Shown: positions 20,150 through 30,501, counted from the stretch's first letter. The stretch: DNA of 64,000 bases from Myxococcota bacterium (GCA_039028615.1 JBCCHT010000008.1:226345-290344), one strand, 5' to 3'. The notes: generated by a model not told the origin, from the sequence alone. A program made the numbers and translations.

Positions 20150-20806
20150 ATGAGCAAGACGGTGCAGGCCAGCGACCACGACTGTATTCACAGCATCGCG
20201 TACCGAGAGGGGATGAAGGCCGACAAGCTCTGGGAGAGCAACGAGGCGCTGAGCGAGACCGGGCGAGACCCGTTCGTGCTGAAGCAGGGGGACACCGTCA
20301 AGCTCACGACCTTCGCCGTTCCCTCCCATCAGGTGCAGACGGCCAAGACCCACCGGTTCAAGCTCCACGGCACTTCGATGCGGGTACGGGTGCAGCTCGT
20401 GTTCGCCGGTCGCCCCATGGCCAAGCGCAAGGCCACAGTCTCCATCGATGGCAAAGCCGCGAGGGCCTACTTCGCCGATGCCCAGGGTTGGCTCAGCTTC
20501 AGGATCTCCCCCGGCGTCCAGAAGGCGACGATCGAGCCCGAGGGTTTTCCGACCCCGTACACCTTGGAGCTCGGCCGAATGGACCCCGTGACCGAGATCA
20601 GCGGCGTTCAGCAGCGACTGCAAACACTCGGGTACTACCGGGGGCGCGTCGACGACGAGGCCGGCCCAATCACCGATGATGCGCTGGTCCGGTTCCGCCG
20701 CGCGCAAGGCATGCCCGCGATCGAAAAACCGGCCTACGAAACGCTCGTCGATGCCGCCGTGAAAGAACGACTCGAAGCCTTCACCCGAGGGAAGCCGCGC
20801 TCATGA
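20150..20806 (+). CDS. LysM-like plus peptidoglycan-binding domain protein
   Basis: DCIHSIAYREG..LW..N..P.VLKQGD (LysM-like); GVQQRLQTLGYY.G.VDDEAGP.T..AL..F (PG_binding_1). Confidence 0.8.
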   Translation: MSKTVQASDHDCIHSIAYREGMKADKLWESNEALSETGRDPFVLKQGDTVKLTTFAVPSHQVQTAKTHRFKLHGTSMRVRVQLVFAGRPMAKRKATVSIDGKAARAYFADAQGWLSFRISPGVQKATIEPEGFPTPYTLELGRMDPVTEISGVQQRLQTLGYYRGRVDDEAGPITDDALVRFRRAQGMPAIEKPAYETLVDAAVKERLEAFTRGKPRS

Positions 20807-22983
20807 ACATCGCCGTCAAGGAGGGTGAGACCCTCGCCAGGTTTGCCAAGCGCATCGGGTCTACGGTCGATCAGGTCATCGACGGAGATCGTCGGCTCGC
20901 CGGCAAAGACGGTGGCTACGTGCCGGATACGGACGGCATCAAGGTCATCACCGTCAAGGTGAAGCAAGAGCCGGTCCTCGAGGACGAGACGCTGCTCGCC
21001 TTCTGCCGGCGACTGAAGGTCAAGCAGTCCCACCTCGAAGTCCTCAATCCGGGGATCGTCAGTGGCCTCACCACCGAGACGCACCCCATGCGGCAGATGA
21101 GCGCGCTGCAGAAGATCAAGCTGCTCGACAGGAACATCGAAGAAATTACCATACTCGACCTCGGGGCCCCGAGGCTTCCGGTCGCCGCAGAGCCGCTGCG
21201 AGGCCACAGGAACCCCGACTACCGGTGGCTCACGTACGAGACGCTGTTCAACCAGCGACCGTTTCGAAAGACCAACAAGGGCCGCGAGATGGGGCTCTAT
21301 CGGGTCCCCCTCGATCGCGTGCGGGTGTTCGTCCGCGAGGGCATCGAGCCGGAGCAGCTCTCCACGTTGACCAAGGCGTTCTTTCCCGAGCTCGAGCCCG
21401 CGCAGCTCGCCACCCTCTCCGCCACGGAATGGCCGTGGAAGGACACTCCGCGCCAACCGTCGAGCGTCGAGATGAGCGCGCCCGTCGTCGCGGCCAACCG
21501 CCAGCAGAACGTCCTTCACCTCCCTCCGTTCGCGGTGTTTCCGTACAACTTTCACGACAACTCTACATCGTCCGAGGCGATCGGCACGAAGGACCGTACG
21601 AAGTTCGGGGCGCCCATCGAGCGCCTCGGTGATCGCTGGCAGTTCTGGAAGACCGCCTCGCGCAGCTGCATCGTGGAGCTCGGAGACATGACCGAGGCGG
21701 CAAAGCGGTGGCCCGTCACGAGCGATCCTTGGCCGTATCCGGCCAACCTGCTCAGTCAACAACCGCGAGACCAGGTCGGTTCTCGAGAGCGGGAGCGGGA
21801 GTTCGACGACGGCGAGATCGCGGCGTTCGACCATGCCCGAGCGAGACGAGCGTACTCGGTCAAGACCGGGGTGATGTTCGTCGGCTCGACCGACCAGCAA
21901 GGCGCGCACAAGGACCAGCTCGAGCTGAACTCGATCATCGCGTGCCTACGCAGTGATCTGGTCGCGAGCCGGGGTCTCAATTCAAAGAAGACTGGGCTCA
22001 TCGTCCAGACGGAGCTCCTCTCCGTCACCGATCGCAACATGGAGAACCCGGACGAGCCCGGCGATGGGTACCAAGTCAGAGACATCTCGGGCCTCGATCC
22101 AGAAAAGCTCTATATTCCCCCGATCAGCATTCCCTACCTGGATCGAAATCTAGTGCAGCATTGCCGGAGGTTCGAGCATGTCGCCGATCCTACGTGGCTC
22201 GAATTCTGGGGCGAGACGTTCGCGCACGCTCTGGGGCGGGCGAAGGCAGTGCTCATGCTCCACTACGGCCTGCAGATGCTGACTCCCAACTCGCAGAACT
22301 GGCTCTTGGAGTTCGAGCCGGGCACTCCGCCAGAGCCCACGGGAGTCGTCGTCGTACGCGATCTCGGAGACGCTGCGCTGCACCGCGAGGTCATCTGGGC
22401 ACGCTACGGAGGTCGCGGGCTCCCGCCTCAGCACGACCTTAGAGATGAAGCCGAGAAGGGGGCGGCCGAGAAGCTACTGACGACCCTCGACCACCCGACG
22501 ATCCGGTACGAAGCGGAGGCGCTCTCGGCCGCAGAGGACCCGAGCGGAGACAAGAACTATCCGCAAGAAACCGGTTCCACCGAGGTCCGTCAGTTCGGGC
22601 CGCGCGGCACTCGGCTGCTATGGCACCGATACTCGACACTCAGCCGAGCATCATCCTTGGTCGTGGAGACGGAAAACGACCTCGACGCACGCGCCCGGGG
22701 GTGGCAACACGTCGCGGCTGCGATGTCCTTATGGGGCGTTGCCCACGCACGAGGGTACATCCGAACCGTCGAAGAGCTGCTCCGCACGAAACTCGAGATC
22801 GATCTAGACGCAGCTCCTTCTCCCGAGCGGTATTTGGGGCTCGCGGACGATGAGTTCAAGAAAGCCGAGAAGTTCTACGAGCAAGACCGCGAATGGGAGG
22901 ACGGCGAGGCCAACGGGATCAGCACGATCGTCCATCAGCACCTCATGAGCGAAGAGGGCCAGAACGCGATCCGAGAGCTCTAG
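20803..22983 (+). CDS. LysM-like N-terminus fused to a divergent IucA/IucC (NIS synthetase)-like domain
   Basis: VKEGETLARFAKR and ETLLAFCRRL..LEVLNP (LysM-like), then in NIS order: KTASRS, SVKTG, QVRD, YGLQMLTPNSQNWLLEF, VVVRDLGD. Confidence 0.6.
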   Translation: MNIAVKEGETLARFAKRIGSTVDQVIDGDRRLAGKDGGYVPDTDGIKVITVKVKQEPVLEDETLLAFCRRLKVKQSHLEVLNPGIVSGLTTETHPMRQMSALQKIKLLDRNIEEITILDLGAPRLPVAAEPLRGHRNPDYRWLTYETLFNQRPFRKTNKGREMGLYRVPLDRVRVFVREGIEPEQLSTLTKAFFPELEPAQLATLSATEWPWKDTPRQPSSVEMSAPVVAANRQQNVLHLPPFAVFPYNFHDNSTSSEAIGTKDRTKFGAPIERLGDRWQFWKTASRSCIVELGDMTEAAKRWPVTSDPWPYPANLLSQQPRDQVGSREREREFDDGEIAAFDHARARRAYSVKTGVMFVGSTDQQGAHKDQLELNSIIACLRSDLVASRGLNSKKTGLIVQTELLSVTDRNMENPDEPGDGYQVRDISGLDPEKLYIPPISIPYLDRNLVQHCRRFEHVADPTWLEFWGETFAHALGRAKAVLMLHYGLQMLTPNSQNWLLEFEPGTPPEPTGVVVVRDLGDAALHREVIWARYGGRGLPPQHDLRDEAEKGAAEKLLTTLDHPTIRYEAEALSAAEDPSGDKNYPQETGSTEVRQFGPRGTRLLWHRYSTLSRASSLVVETENDLDARARGWQHVAAAMSLWGVAHARGYIRTVEELLRTKLEIDLDAAPSPERYLGLADDEFKKAEKFYEQDREWEDGEANGISTIVHQHLMSEEGQNAIREL

Positions 22984-23227
22984 CGGGCTCGGGAGGTGGC
23001 AGCAGGGCTCGAAGCTCGACGAGGGAGTCGCTCCCCAGGGCGTGAAGTGGCCTGACAGGATCACGCCGAGGCTGGTACCTGGAGGTCTACATGACCCAAG
23101 AACCCGACGACGTGTGCCGGGTGCATACGTGGGCTGTGCTGCCTCCGGGCGAGACGGCTCGCACGCTCATCCCCGGCTCGCCGCCACGCCCTGGCGGCCG
23201 GAACGACCCCCGGCACACGCTCGCGAC

Positions 23228-24253
23228 CTACCCTCCGGGCGAAGACATCTGAAGGCCGTTGTAGATGTCGTTGCCCGCAGCCGGCACGCACTTGCCCTTC
23301 GCCTCGTAGTAGACCTCTTGCCCGACCGCGCACCCGTGCTCGTCTCGGAATAGGAGGTCGTCGGCGGTCGTCGGCGCGGAGATGCTCTCGCAGCGGGTGC
23401 CGTTCCAAACTTCTTCATTGGCACGACAGTTGTGCTCGTCGACGACGAGCAGGGGCACGAAACCGTCCGCGTCGGGTGCGTACGCATCGGGATCGAAGTC
23501 GGCGATCGCCTGCAGCCCGAGCCGAAGCGGAACCCGGCATTGTGGAGTGAGCGAACCGGCTCGCTGCGCCTCTTCGCAGCTGGCCGCCAGCCCCTCGCTG
23601 GACACCAACTCCCCCACGTACGCATTACCGCCCCCCGCCCCCACGCCGAACACCGTCGCCGCGGCTGCGATCTCCCGCGTCTTGCCCGTAACGAGCGCGA
23701 AGCCACCGAGGTAGATGCGATTGACGACATGCGTCGCGCGGTCGCAATCCTGACCGGCGAGCGAACTCTGCTCGTAGCGCTGCCCGATGGGCAGCGTCAT
23801 CATGCCGGCGAAGCGATAGTCGGTTCGAATCGAGTTTCCCACGGCGAGCTTGCCCTCGAGGGCCGCCGCCCCGAGCGGCAGCTTGGCGAACAGCTCCGTC
23901 TGGTTGGACGCGATCCTCGTCTCGTTGCCCGGGTACGCCGAGAACGAATATCGCCCCTGGCCGATACAGTTGGGCAAGACCTCGAGCTTCACGTCACAGC
24001 CGTTGGCGGAATAGCGAACCGCCAGCACGCCCTGCTCGCTCATCGCCGCGACATTGGCCCGAAAATCCATCGCCAGCCCCATCAGGTCCGGCTGCTGGCT
24101 GACGGACGACTCGTCACAGCGGTCCCCGAACGCCGGGCCCCGTCCGTCGACATCAACCCCGCCCTCATCCGGCCGCTCGGGAGACGGGCTCCGGCAGCTG
24201 GACATCGAAACGAGTGCGGCGGTGAGTGGAACCGAGAACAGCAATGAGCGCAT
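23228..24253 (-). CDS. Myxobacterial lipoprotein with two short C-terminal Cys repeats
   Basis: Lipobox MSSC; VLAVRYSANGC..LEVLPNC..G.Y and C..ATHVV..IYLGGF; repeats DEHNCRANEEV and DEHGCAVGQEV. Confidence 0.75.
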   Translation of the reverse strand: MRSLLFSVPLTAALVSMSSCRSPSPERPDEGGVDVDGRGPAFGDRCDESSVSQQPDLMGLAMDFRANVAAMSEQGVLAVRYSANGCDVKLEVLPNCIGQGRYSFSAYPGNETRIASNQTELFAKLPLGAAALEGKLAVGNSIRTDYRFAGMMTLPIGQRYEQSSLAGQDCDRATHVVNRIYLGGFALVTGKTREIAAAATVFGVGAGGGNAYVGELVSSEGLAASCEEAQRAGSLTPQCRVPLRLGLQAIADFDPDAYAPDADGFVPLLVVDEHNCRANEEVWNGTRCESISAPTTADDLLFRDEHGCAVGQEVYYEAKGKCVPAAGNDIYNGLQMSSPGG

Positions 24254-24500
24254 GGGGGACCCTCGTCGTCCTGCTCGGACGGGCGTTGATGACCGTCGCA
24301 TCTTTTCGTGCGCGCACCAAGGCTCGGCCAACGCTACCGAACGGCACATGGCGCAGGCCTCGAGCCCATCCTGGTCGTCTCAGGGCGCGGAAACCCGGCT
24401 CTGCGCTTCAGCAGGCACCGCGACGGCCGATTTGCCGCCGCGCTGCGTGGCCGCTATGTTTGCGTATCGCGACGCGTCGGCGCCGTCGATCGAGGAACCA

Positions 24501-24776
24501 GTGGAGCACAAGCTTCGAACGCTCGTCCGCACCGATCACTGCAAGATCGACCACTGCCAGTGCGGTGCGGTTCATATCTCCGTGGGCAATACCACCGTGC
24601 GTGTCCAGACGAACAACGCGCGAGAGCTACGGGATGCGCTCGTGCGTGCCATGGCCGAGATCGACGCGCCCAACACCACGACGGCCACCGTGCGGCCGAG
24701 AGTGGGCGGGCCGTTTCGGATCGTGCTGCCCGATGATCCCGAGCAGGACGACGGGGACGATCCGCAGTTTCACTGA
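24501..24776 (+). CDS. Small hypothetical protein with a CxCGxxH motif
   Basis: GTG start after GAGGA; CKIDHCQCGAVHISVGNTTVRV. Confidence 0.65.
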   Translation: MEHKLRTLVRTDHCKIDHCQCGAVHISVGNTTVRVQTNNARELRDALVRAMAEIDAPNTTTATVRPRVGGPFRIVLPDDPEQDDGDDPQFH

Positions 24777-24846
24777 GGCGAGCGGGCGCGCTCGGTGACG
24801 CCTGCCTACGGAGGCAAGCGGCTCGCGACCACGCACTCGATGGCCG

Positions 24847-26112
24847 TCACAGCTCTGCTCGCGCAATGGCCCCAGGGCCTTTACCTGTCCCCGGATGCTC
24901 TTCGTATTGACCAACCATCGCGAGCAGCTTTGAGTCCGTAACCTCAGGGCAAGGCTCCGCCGATGGGATCGACCGAGCTCGTTTGGGCAACAAGGTTGGC
25001 AGACCGTCGACCTGCACGCTCGGATCCTGGAAGAACTGGTGCCGGATCTCGCGCCCGAGAATCTCCGCCAGGGCGGACGGCACTGCGTTCCCGACTTGCT
25101 TGTGCGCCGAGAGGTTGTCACCCACGATTTCGAAGTCCGCGGGAAATGTCTGCAGCGCACACAGTTCTGCTGACGAGAGCCGTCGATTCTTCCAATGGAA
25201 CGGCCCAATTGCAGGCCCCGGCTGAGCAGTGATCGTCGGCGCCGGCAATCGCTTGGCAATCTTGTAGAGCATTGACCAATACCTCCGCCGCCAGCCGAAG
25301 AGCTGGAGCCCTCCCCCACGATCCGTGTGGTAGAGGTAGTTCATCCCCTCAGGGATACTTGGAAGCAACGCCGCGTACTTTCCCTTTGGCTGTAGCTCGG
25401 TGGTGTCCGGTTCCGGCAAACGACCGATGGCATCCCATGCACAGAGAGGACGTTTTCTCGAGGCATGTCCTTGTCGAGGAGTCTCGACACCTCCCTTCGC
25501 CATGTCGATCTTGGCGGGAAGGTTGTGTGTAGGGGTAGGAAAACGAAAGAGCTTCCCACCGCGGTGCCCGATGACGAAGACGCGTTGACGAACCTGTGGG
25601 ACTCCGTACTCGACCGCGTTTAGCTGTTGTGCTGCGAAAGAATAGTTCGTCCCGTGCTTTGCGTTGATGTCCGCAATCGCCCGCTCAAGTAACTGCAACC
25701 CCTCGGCCTTTGCACTGAAGGCAAGCCCAGGCACGTTCTCCAGCAAGAACACCTCAGGTAGGGTGTCTTCGAGCACTCTGAGGTAGGCGTGTAGCGTTTT
25801 CGCGCGCGGATCGTTCAACCGCTTGGCGTCACCTGTATGCCAGTAGCCGGATTTCGAGAAGGGTTGACATGGAGGGCCACCTGCAAGAAGCCGCGGCTCG
25901 CCCCGTCGTAACCCAGCTCTGTCGAGGATCACATCGCTCCTGCCCTCGTCTCCATGGATGTCACCGTGGATGATCTCCCAGCTTCGATTCTTCCGCAGCG
26001 TGGTCACGGCGTCCTGGTCGAACTCGACCGCGACACGAGTCGAAAAACCTGCGGCCTCAAGCCCGAGGTCGAGACCTCCGGCCCCAGTGTAGAGACTGAT
26101 GACGCTGAACAT
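24847..26112 (-). CDS. DNA (cytosine-5) methyltransferase
   Basis: Motif I SLYTGAGG, IV GGPPCQPFS, VI ENVPG, VIII PQVRQRVF, IX LQTFP, X QVGNAVP, all intact. Confidence 0.95.
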   Translation of the reverse strand: MFSVISLYTGAGGLDLGLEAAGFSTRVAVEFDQDAVTTLRKNRSWEIIHGDIHGDEGRSDVILDRAGLRRGEPRLLAGGPPCQPFSKSGYWHTGDAKRLNDPRAKTLHAYLRVLEDTLPEVFLLENVPGLAFSAKAEGLQLLERAIADINAKHGTNYSFAAQQLNAVEYGVPQVRQRVFVIGHRGGKLFRFPTPTHNLPAKIDMAKGGVETPRQGHASRKRPLCAWDAIGRLPEPDTTELQPKGKYAALLPSIPEGMNYLYHTDRGGGLQLFGWRRRYWSMLYKIAKRLPAPTITAQPGPAIGPFHWKNRRLSSAELCALQTFPADFEIVGDNLSAHKQVGNAVPSALAEILGREIRHQFFQDPSVQVDGLPTLLPKRARSIPSAEPCPEVTDSKLLAMVGQYEEHPGTGKGPGAIARAEL

Positions 26113-26224
26113 CCGGCCATGTCTTCGTACCAAATCTGAAAACAGCCGGCAACGCCGCATGGATCGATTGGGCCGTAAGGGGGACACGCAGAGGTCACGA
26201 TCGGCCCGAATTCTAGGTAACCAT

Positions 26225-28324
26225 GTGGGGGTGTCCCCAAGAGCAGCTCTTGCATCCTGGCTTGCGTCTCACTCAGGCGGATTATTGGAGATCGAGGGGA
26301 CGGGTAACGGCTGGCCAGCCAAGATGAAGATCAACCTGGCGGGTCGTTGGGTTCCAGCCGCTGTCTACATCGGACCCATCGGGGAGTCCCATCGCAAACG
26401 AAGCGATGAGCGCCGTTTCCAAAACCCAGGCCAAGACCGTCCGATCAGCGATGTCGATGGAGGAGTGCCGCTTCTTCTCGGCGTCTGGAACCCCGAGGAC
26501 GATCGCGAGGCCGTGCTCGTGGCATTCGATGCCTATCGCCGCGTGGGACTACGAACGCGTTTCTCAATGTTCCTGCCGGCCTCTTTGCTCGACGATGCGC
26601 AAGCAGAGGGCAGTGCGGAGCACGAAAGCACCTCGGGAGAGCTGATCCAAGCCTTCCCCGTTTCGCGGCTCTGCGACTACCTGGGTACGCTATTCGATCC
26701 CGGGCTCATTGAATCCGCGAACACAACGAACGGCTCCAGACCGCTGGCCGTGTCCGACGCGACCTCGAGTTCAGCGGTGCATATTCGGCCCAAAGTGGGG
26801 ATGTACGCCGCTTTCGCACGCTTGAACTACAAGCCGTGGTTCGCACTGGCCGAGTTCGTCGACAACGCAGTGCAAAGCTACCTCGCGCATCGGTCTCAGC
26901 TAGGTGAAGAACCCCTTCAAGTCGATATCCGAATTGACGACACAGAGATCGTGGTCTCGGACCGCGCCGCGGGAATTCCTTGGTCTCAGTTCCCGCGCGC
27001 ATTCAGCCCTAGTCAACCACCACCGGATCCCTCCGGCCTATCGGAGTTTGGTCTCGGTATGAAAGCGGCGGCCTGTTGGTTCGCGAACACTTGGTCGGTT
27101 CGGACCTCGGCCCTCGGTGACCCTGTCGAGCGTCAGATCCGATTCGACGTTGCCCGAATCACTCAAGCGGGGATCGAGCATCTGGAAGTGGAGCAACGGC
27201 CTGCACCCGCCGACAGTCACTACACAATCGTCACACTCTCCAATCCAAGGGTTCGCCTGCGCACCCGAACACTGAGCAAGATCAAGGCCCACCTATCGAG
27301 CATCTATCGAATCCTGATGGAAAAAGGCCTTGTCAAACTGACCGTTGAGTCGGCGTCAAAGAAGGAGCAGCTTTCGTTCTCTCGGCGAGACGTTCTCGAG
27401 GCTCCATACTTCCGCGAGCCAAACGAAAAGCCCCGAATCTGGAAAAAGACCTTCCACATCGATCTTGGAGGAGAGAAGAAAATCACCGGATGGGCCGCGT
27501 TGCTGGAAAAAGGAAGCGCGTCCCGTGCCGGACTCAGCGTCTTCAGAAGAGACCGACTGATCCAAGGCAGTGACGACGAAGCCTATCGACCCCTCCGGCT
27601 ATTTCGTAGCCCCAACAGCTATACCTATCAACGACTCATCGGAGAGCTTCATGTCGAGGGCTTCGACGTCAGTCACACCAAGGACGGAATCCAGTGGGGT
27701 GGCTTGGAGCACGAAATGCTCTCTCGGCTCAAGACAGAGTTGAACTCGGACGACCTGCCGCTCCTGAAGCAGGCCGAAGGATACCGGGTGCGGCAGAAGG
27801 CCCGCGAGTTGCCTACTACCTTTGGTGCAGAGGCCCTTCAAGGCGCAGGTGCAGAACTTCGCGGCAACGGAGCCTCCCAGACCCTGGCACAGCCGCTCGA
27901 CGCCCCATCGGAAGCGACAACGAACTCAACCCTCGAGAACAAAGAGACAGAGCCGGAAGAAGAGGCTCGAGAACTCCAAGGGTTCGAGACCACCGTTCGT
28001 GTGCTCGATGAAGAATGGCGTGTTCGACTAAAGCTCGTGTCCGATGCTTCGCTCGACTGGTATGGCGTGGAAGATGTCTCTGCGGAGGGGGGCACACACT
28101 TCGACGTTTGGATCAACCTCGGGCATCCTTTCAGCGAATCCTACGTCAACAGCGACGAAAACACTCTGGGCCCGGTTGTTCGATTAGTCGCGGCCATGGC
28201 CCTTGCAGAGCAGGCTGCGTTTCGTGGCGGGGTTCGGCGGGCATCGATGCTGCGCCACAAGGTCAACGGCCTCCTACGAGAGCACTTCGGTACACTTACT
28301 GGCGAGGATGGCGCTACAGGATGA
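26225..28324 (+). CDS. GHKL/MORC-family ATPase with an extra N-terminal domain (start uncertain, 26159-26323)
   Basis: ALAEFVDNAVQS, VSDRAAGI, GLSEFGLGMKAAACW, S5-like GLSVFRRDRLI and FDVSHTKDG; N-terminal ERRFQNP domain. Confidence 0.88.
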   Translation: MGVSPRAALASWLASHSGGLLEIEGTGNGWPAKMKINLAGRWVPAAVYIGPIGESHRKRSDERRFQNPGQDRPISDVDGGVPLLLGVWNPEDDREAVLVAFDAYRRVGLRTRFSMFLPASLLDDAQAEGSAEHESTSGELIQAFPVSRLCDYLGTLFDPGLIESANTTNGSRPLAVSDATSSSAVHIRPKVGMYAAFARLNYKPWFALAEFVDNAVQSYLAHRSQLGEEPLQVDIRIDDTEIVVSDRAAGIPWSQFPRAFSPSQPPPDPSGLSEFGLGMKAAACWFANTWSVRTSALGDPVERQIRFDVARITQAGIEHLEVEQRPAPADSHYTIVTLSNPRVRLRTRTLSKIKAHLSSIYRILMEKGLVKLTVESASKKEQLSFSRRDVLEAPYFREPNEKPRIWKKTFHIDLGGEKKITGWAALLEKGSASRAGLSVFRRDRLIQGSDDEAYRPLRLFRSPNSYTYQRLIGELHVEGFDVSHTKDGIQWGGLEHEMLSRLKTELNSDDLPLLKQAEGYRVRQKARELPTTFGAEALQGAGAELRGNGASQTLAQPLDAPSEATTNSTLENKETEPEEEARELQGFETTVRVLDEEWRVRLKLVSDASLDWYGVEDVSAEGGTHFDVWINLGHPFSESYVNSDENTLGPVVRLVAAMALAEQAAFRGGVRRASMLRHKVNGLLREHFGTLTGEDGATG

Positions 28325-30501
28325 CTCGCTACACGATCAGGCCAGGGAGCAGCTCTATGACAGACGAGACGAATCACTGGGGCCCAGTCTGCGGTGACAC
28401 GACGCGAGCGCTGGGTGAGTACCTAGTGAGAGAAGGGGAGTTGCCCGAACCGGCTGCTTTCGAACGCATTGTCGAGGAATCGGTGCGTCTCTTAGGTAAT
28501 TGCGGACCTTTTCAAGGGGAGGACCAGGTGACGACCGGTTTGGTACTCGGCTATGTCCAAAGCGGCAAGACGATGTCGATGACTACCGTAGCATCCCTCG
28601 CTCGTGACAATGGTTGCAGGTTGGTCGTGCTACTTGCCGGCACGACCACCAATCTCCTCAAGCAAACCGCGCGCGAGCGAGTGCGCCCCTACCTCCTCAA
28701 TCGGCCGGATCAGAGGCGAGGGTGGATTCTGATCGACACAGTCGAATCAAGAGACCTGAGCAGCTACTCCTCTATTCTCCGGGACCGAATCCGTGACTGG
28801 CTAAGTAGTGATGTACCAGAGAGGCGGAAGCGCCCGGTATTCATCACCGTAATGAAGAACCATTCTCACTTGAAACAACTAAGCCAGCTACTGAACGGGC
28901 TTCCCATGAAAGGCGTACCGTGCCTAGTCCTTGACGACGAGGCAGACCAAGCCGGGCTTGATACAAATGCCAGCAAGCGCGCGGCGGGCCAGAGTTCGCT
29001 GGAAGCTTCAACGACTCATCAGCGCATCGCTGCGATCCGGGCGGAGCTACCGCACCACACCTACTTGCAGTACACGGCGACACCACAAGCACCATTGCTC
29101 ATCAGCCTCACCGATATGCTATCCCCCGACTTCGCTCACGTTCTGACACCAGGGGCTGGATACACAGGTGGGCGGGCGTTCTTCGTCGAGAACCCAAGGC
29201 TCGTAGTCGAGCTGCCACCAGGGGATCTGTTCAATCCGAATAGCCCCCCCAGCACACCTCCCGATTCCCTTCAGCACGCGATGCAGGATTTCCTGATCGG
29301 AGCCGCGGTCGTCGCAGTTCGCAACAGCGGTGGTGTTCGGTCCATGCTGGTCCATCCTTCTCAGCGAAAGGACGACCACCAGACCTTCCTGCGATTCGTA
29401 AACAACCTGCTAACATCGTGGAAAGACCAGCTGCGGTTGCCCCAAACGGACCCGTCGCACGTCGCATTGATGGAAGACTTGGGCAGCGCCTACGAACGGG
29501 TCGCGGGAAGCGGGCTCTCTGACATCCCTCCATTTGAAGACTTGCGCGATGAGCTAAGGTGGGTGCTCAAGGACGTAAGAGTATGGCGCGTAAACTCAGA
29601 GGACGGCCGCGAAGTCGACTGGGGTGCAGCCCCTTCGCATATCCTGGTCGGCGGCGACAAACTGAACCGCGGGTACACTGTCAAAGGACTGACAGTAACC
29701 TACATGCCTCGGAATCCAGGGGGATGGAACTCAGACACGATTCAGCAACGGGCGCGTTTCTTCGGCTACAAACAGTCCTACCTGGGGCTTTGCCGTTTGT
29801 ACTTGCACCCTGACATTGCCGACGCGTACCGCGAGTACGTGGAGCACGAAGAGGACATTCGCACGCAGTTACGTGACCACCGTGGGCCACTGAACAAGTG
29901 GAAACGTGCGTTTCTGCTCAACCATCGTCTCCGGCCAACGCGATCAAACGTCCTCTCAACGGATGTTCTCAAGCCCAAGGTCGGGGAGTGGTTCCGCCAA
30001 AACTACCCACACGCAACCCCGGAGGCGATTCGGAACAACCGTCAGACTATTGATCAGTTTCTGAATTCGCTGAACTTTCGACAATCCACAAAGAACGAGC
30101 GACACCAAGAGGCAGACACTCCACTAGAGGCCTTGCTCAGGCACCTGGTCGACTACCAGTGTTTCGGGCCAGACAGCGTAAAGTGGACTGGCCTATGGGG
30201 CTGGATCAGTGGACTTGTCGCATCAAGACCAGGCACAGAGTGCCAAGTCATCTACATACAGGGCGGGAGGCAACGAGAGCGACAGGAGGACACAAAGCAC
30301 ATTCGCAGGATCAATCAGCTCTTCGAGGGCAGAACTGATACATCAATGCGCGACAACGCCCGAGTAACACTCCAGATTCACCGGCTCAACATTAGAGGTG
30401 CAGACACCACCTACGAAGATGTCCCCGCCATCGCCATACGCATGCCGGATGGATTCCAGGCAGCGGATGTCCAGGTGCAAATTCAACCGATCAAATCATG
30501 A
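28321..30501 (+). CDS. Z1-domain protein with an SF2 helicase-like ATPase core
   Basis: GYVQSGKT, DDEADQA, YTATPQA, GGDKLNRGYTVKGLTVTY, DTIQQRARFFGY; ATGA overlap. Confidence 0.92.
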   Translation: MTRYTIRPGSSSMTDETNHWGPVCGDTTRALGEYLVREGELPEPAAFERIVEESVRLLGNCGPFQGEDQVTTGLVLGYVQSGKTMSMTTVASLARDNGCRLVVLLAGTTTNLLKQTARERVRPYLLNRPDQRRGWILIDTVESRDLSSYSSILRDRIRDWLSSDVPERRKRPVFITVMKNHSHLKQLSQLLNGLPMKGVPCLVLDDEADQAGLDTNASKRAAGQSSLEASTTHQRIAAIRAELPHHTYLQYTATPQAPLLISLTDMLSPDFAHVLTPGAGYTGGRAFFVENPRLVVELPPGDLFNPNSPPSTPPDSLQHAMQDFLIGAAVVAVRNSGGVRSMLVHPSQRKDDHQTFLRFVNNLLTSWKDQLRLPQTDPSHVALMEDLGSAYERVAGSGLSDIPPFEDLRDELRWVLKDVRVWRVNSEDGREVDWGAAPSHILVGGDKLNRGYTVKGLTVTYMPRNPGGWNSDTIQQRARFFGYKQSYLGLCRLYLHPDIADAYREYVEHEEDIRTQLRDHRGPLNKWKRAFLLNHRLRPTRSNVLSTDVLKPKVGEWFRQNYPHATPEAIRNNRQTIDQFLNSLNFRQSTKNERHQEADTPLEALLRHLVDYQCFGPDSVKWTGLWGWISGLVASRPGTECQVIYIQGGRQRERQEDTKHIRRINQLFEGRTDTSMRDNARVTLQIHRLNIRGADTTYEDVPAIAIRMPDGFQAADVQVQIQPIKS

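Noticed and set aside
20803..22983. Siderophore biosynthesis cluster
   Set aside because: No monooxygenase, acyltransferase, decarboxylase, exporter or TonB-receptor gene nearby, and the canonical His of HxQN is replaced.
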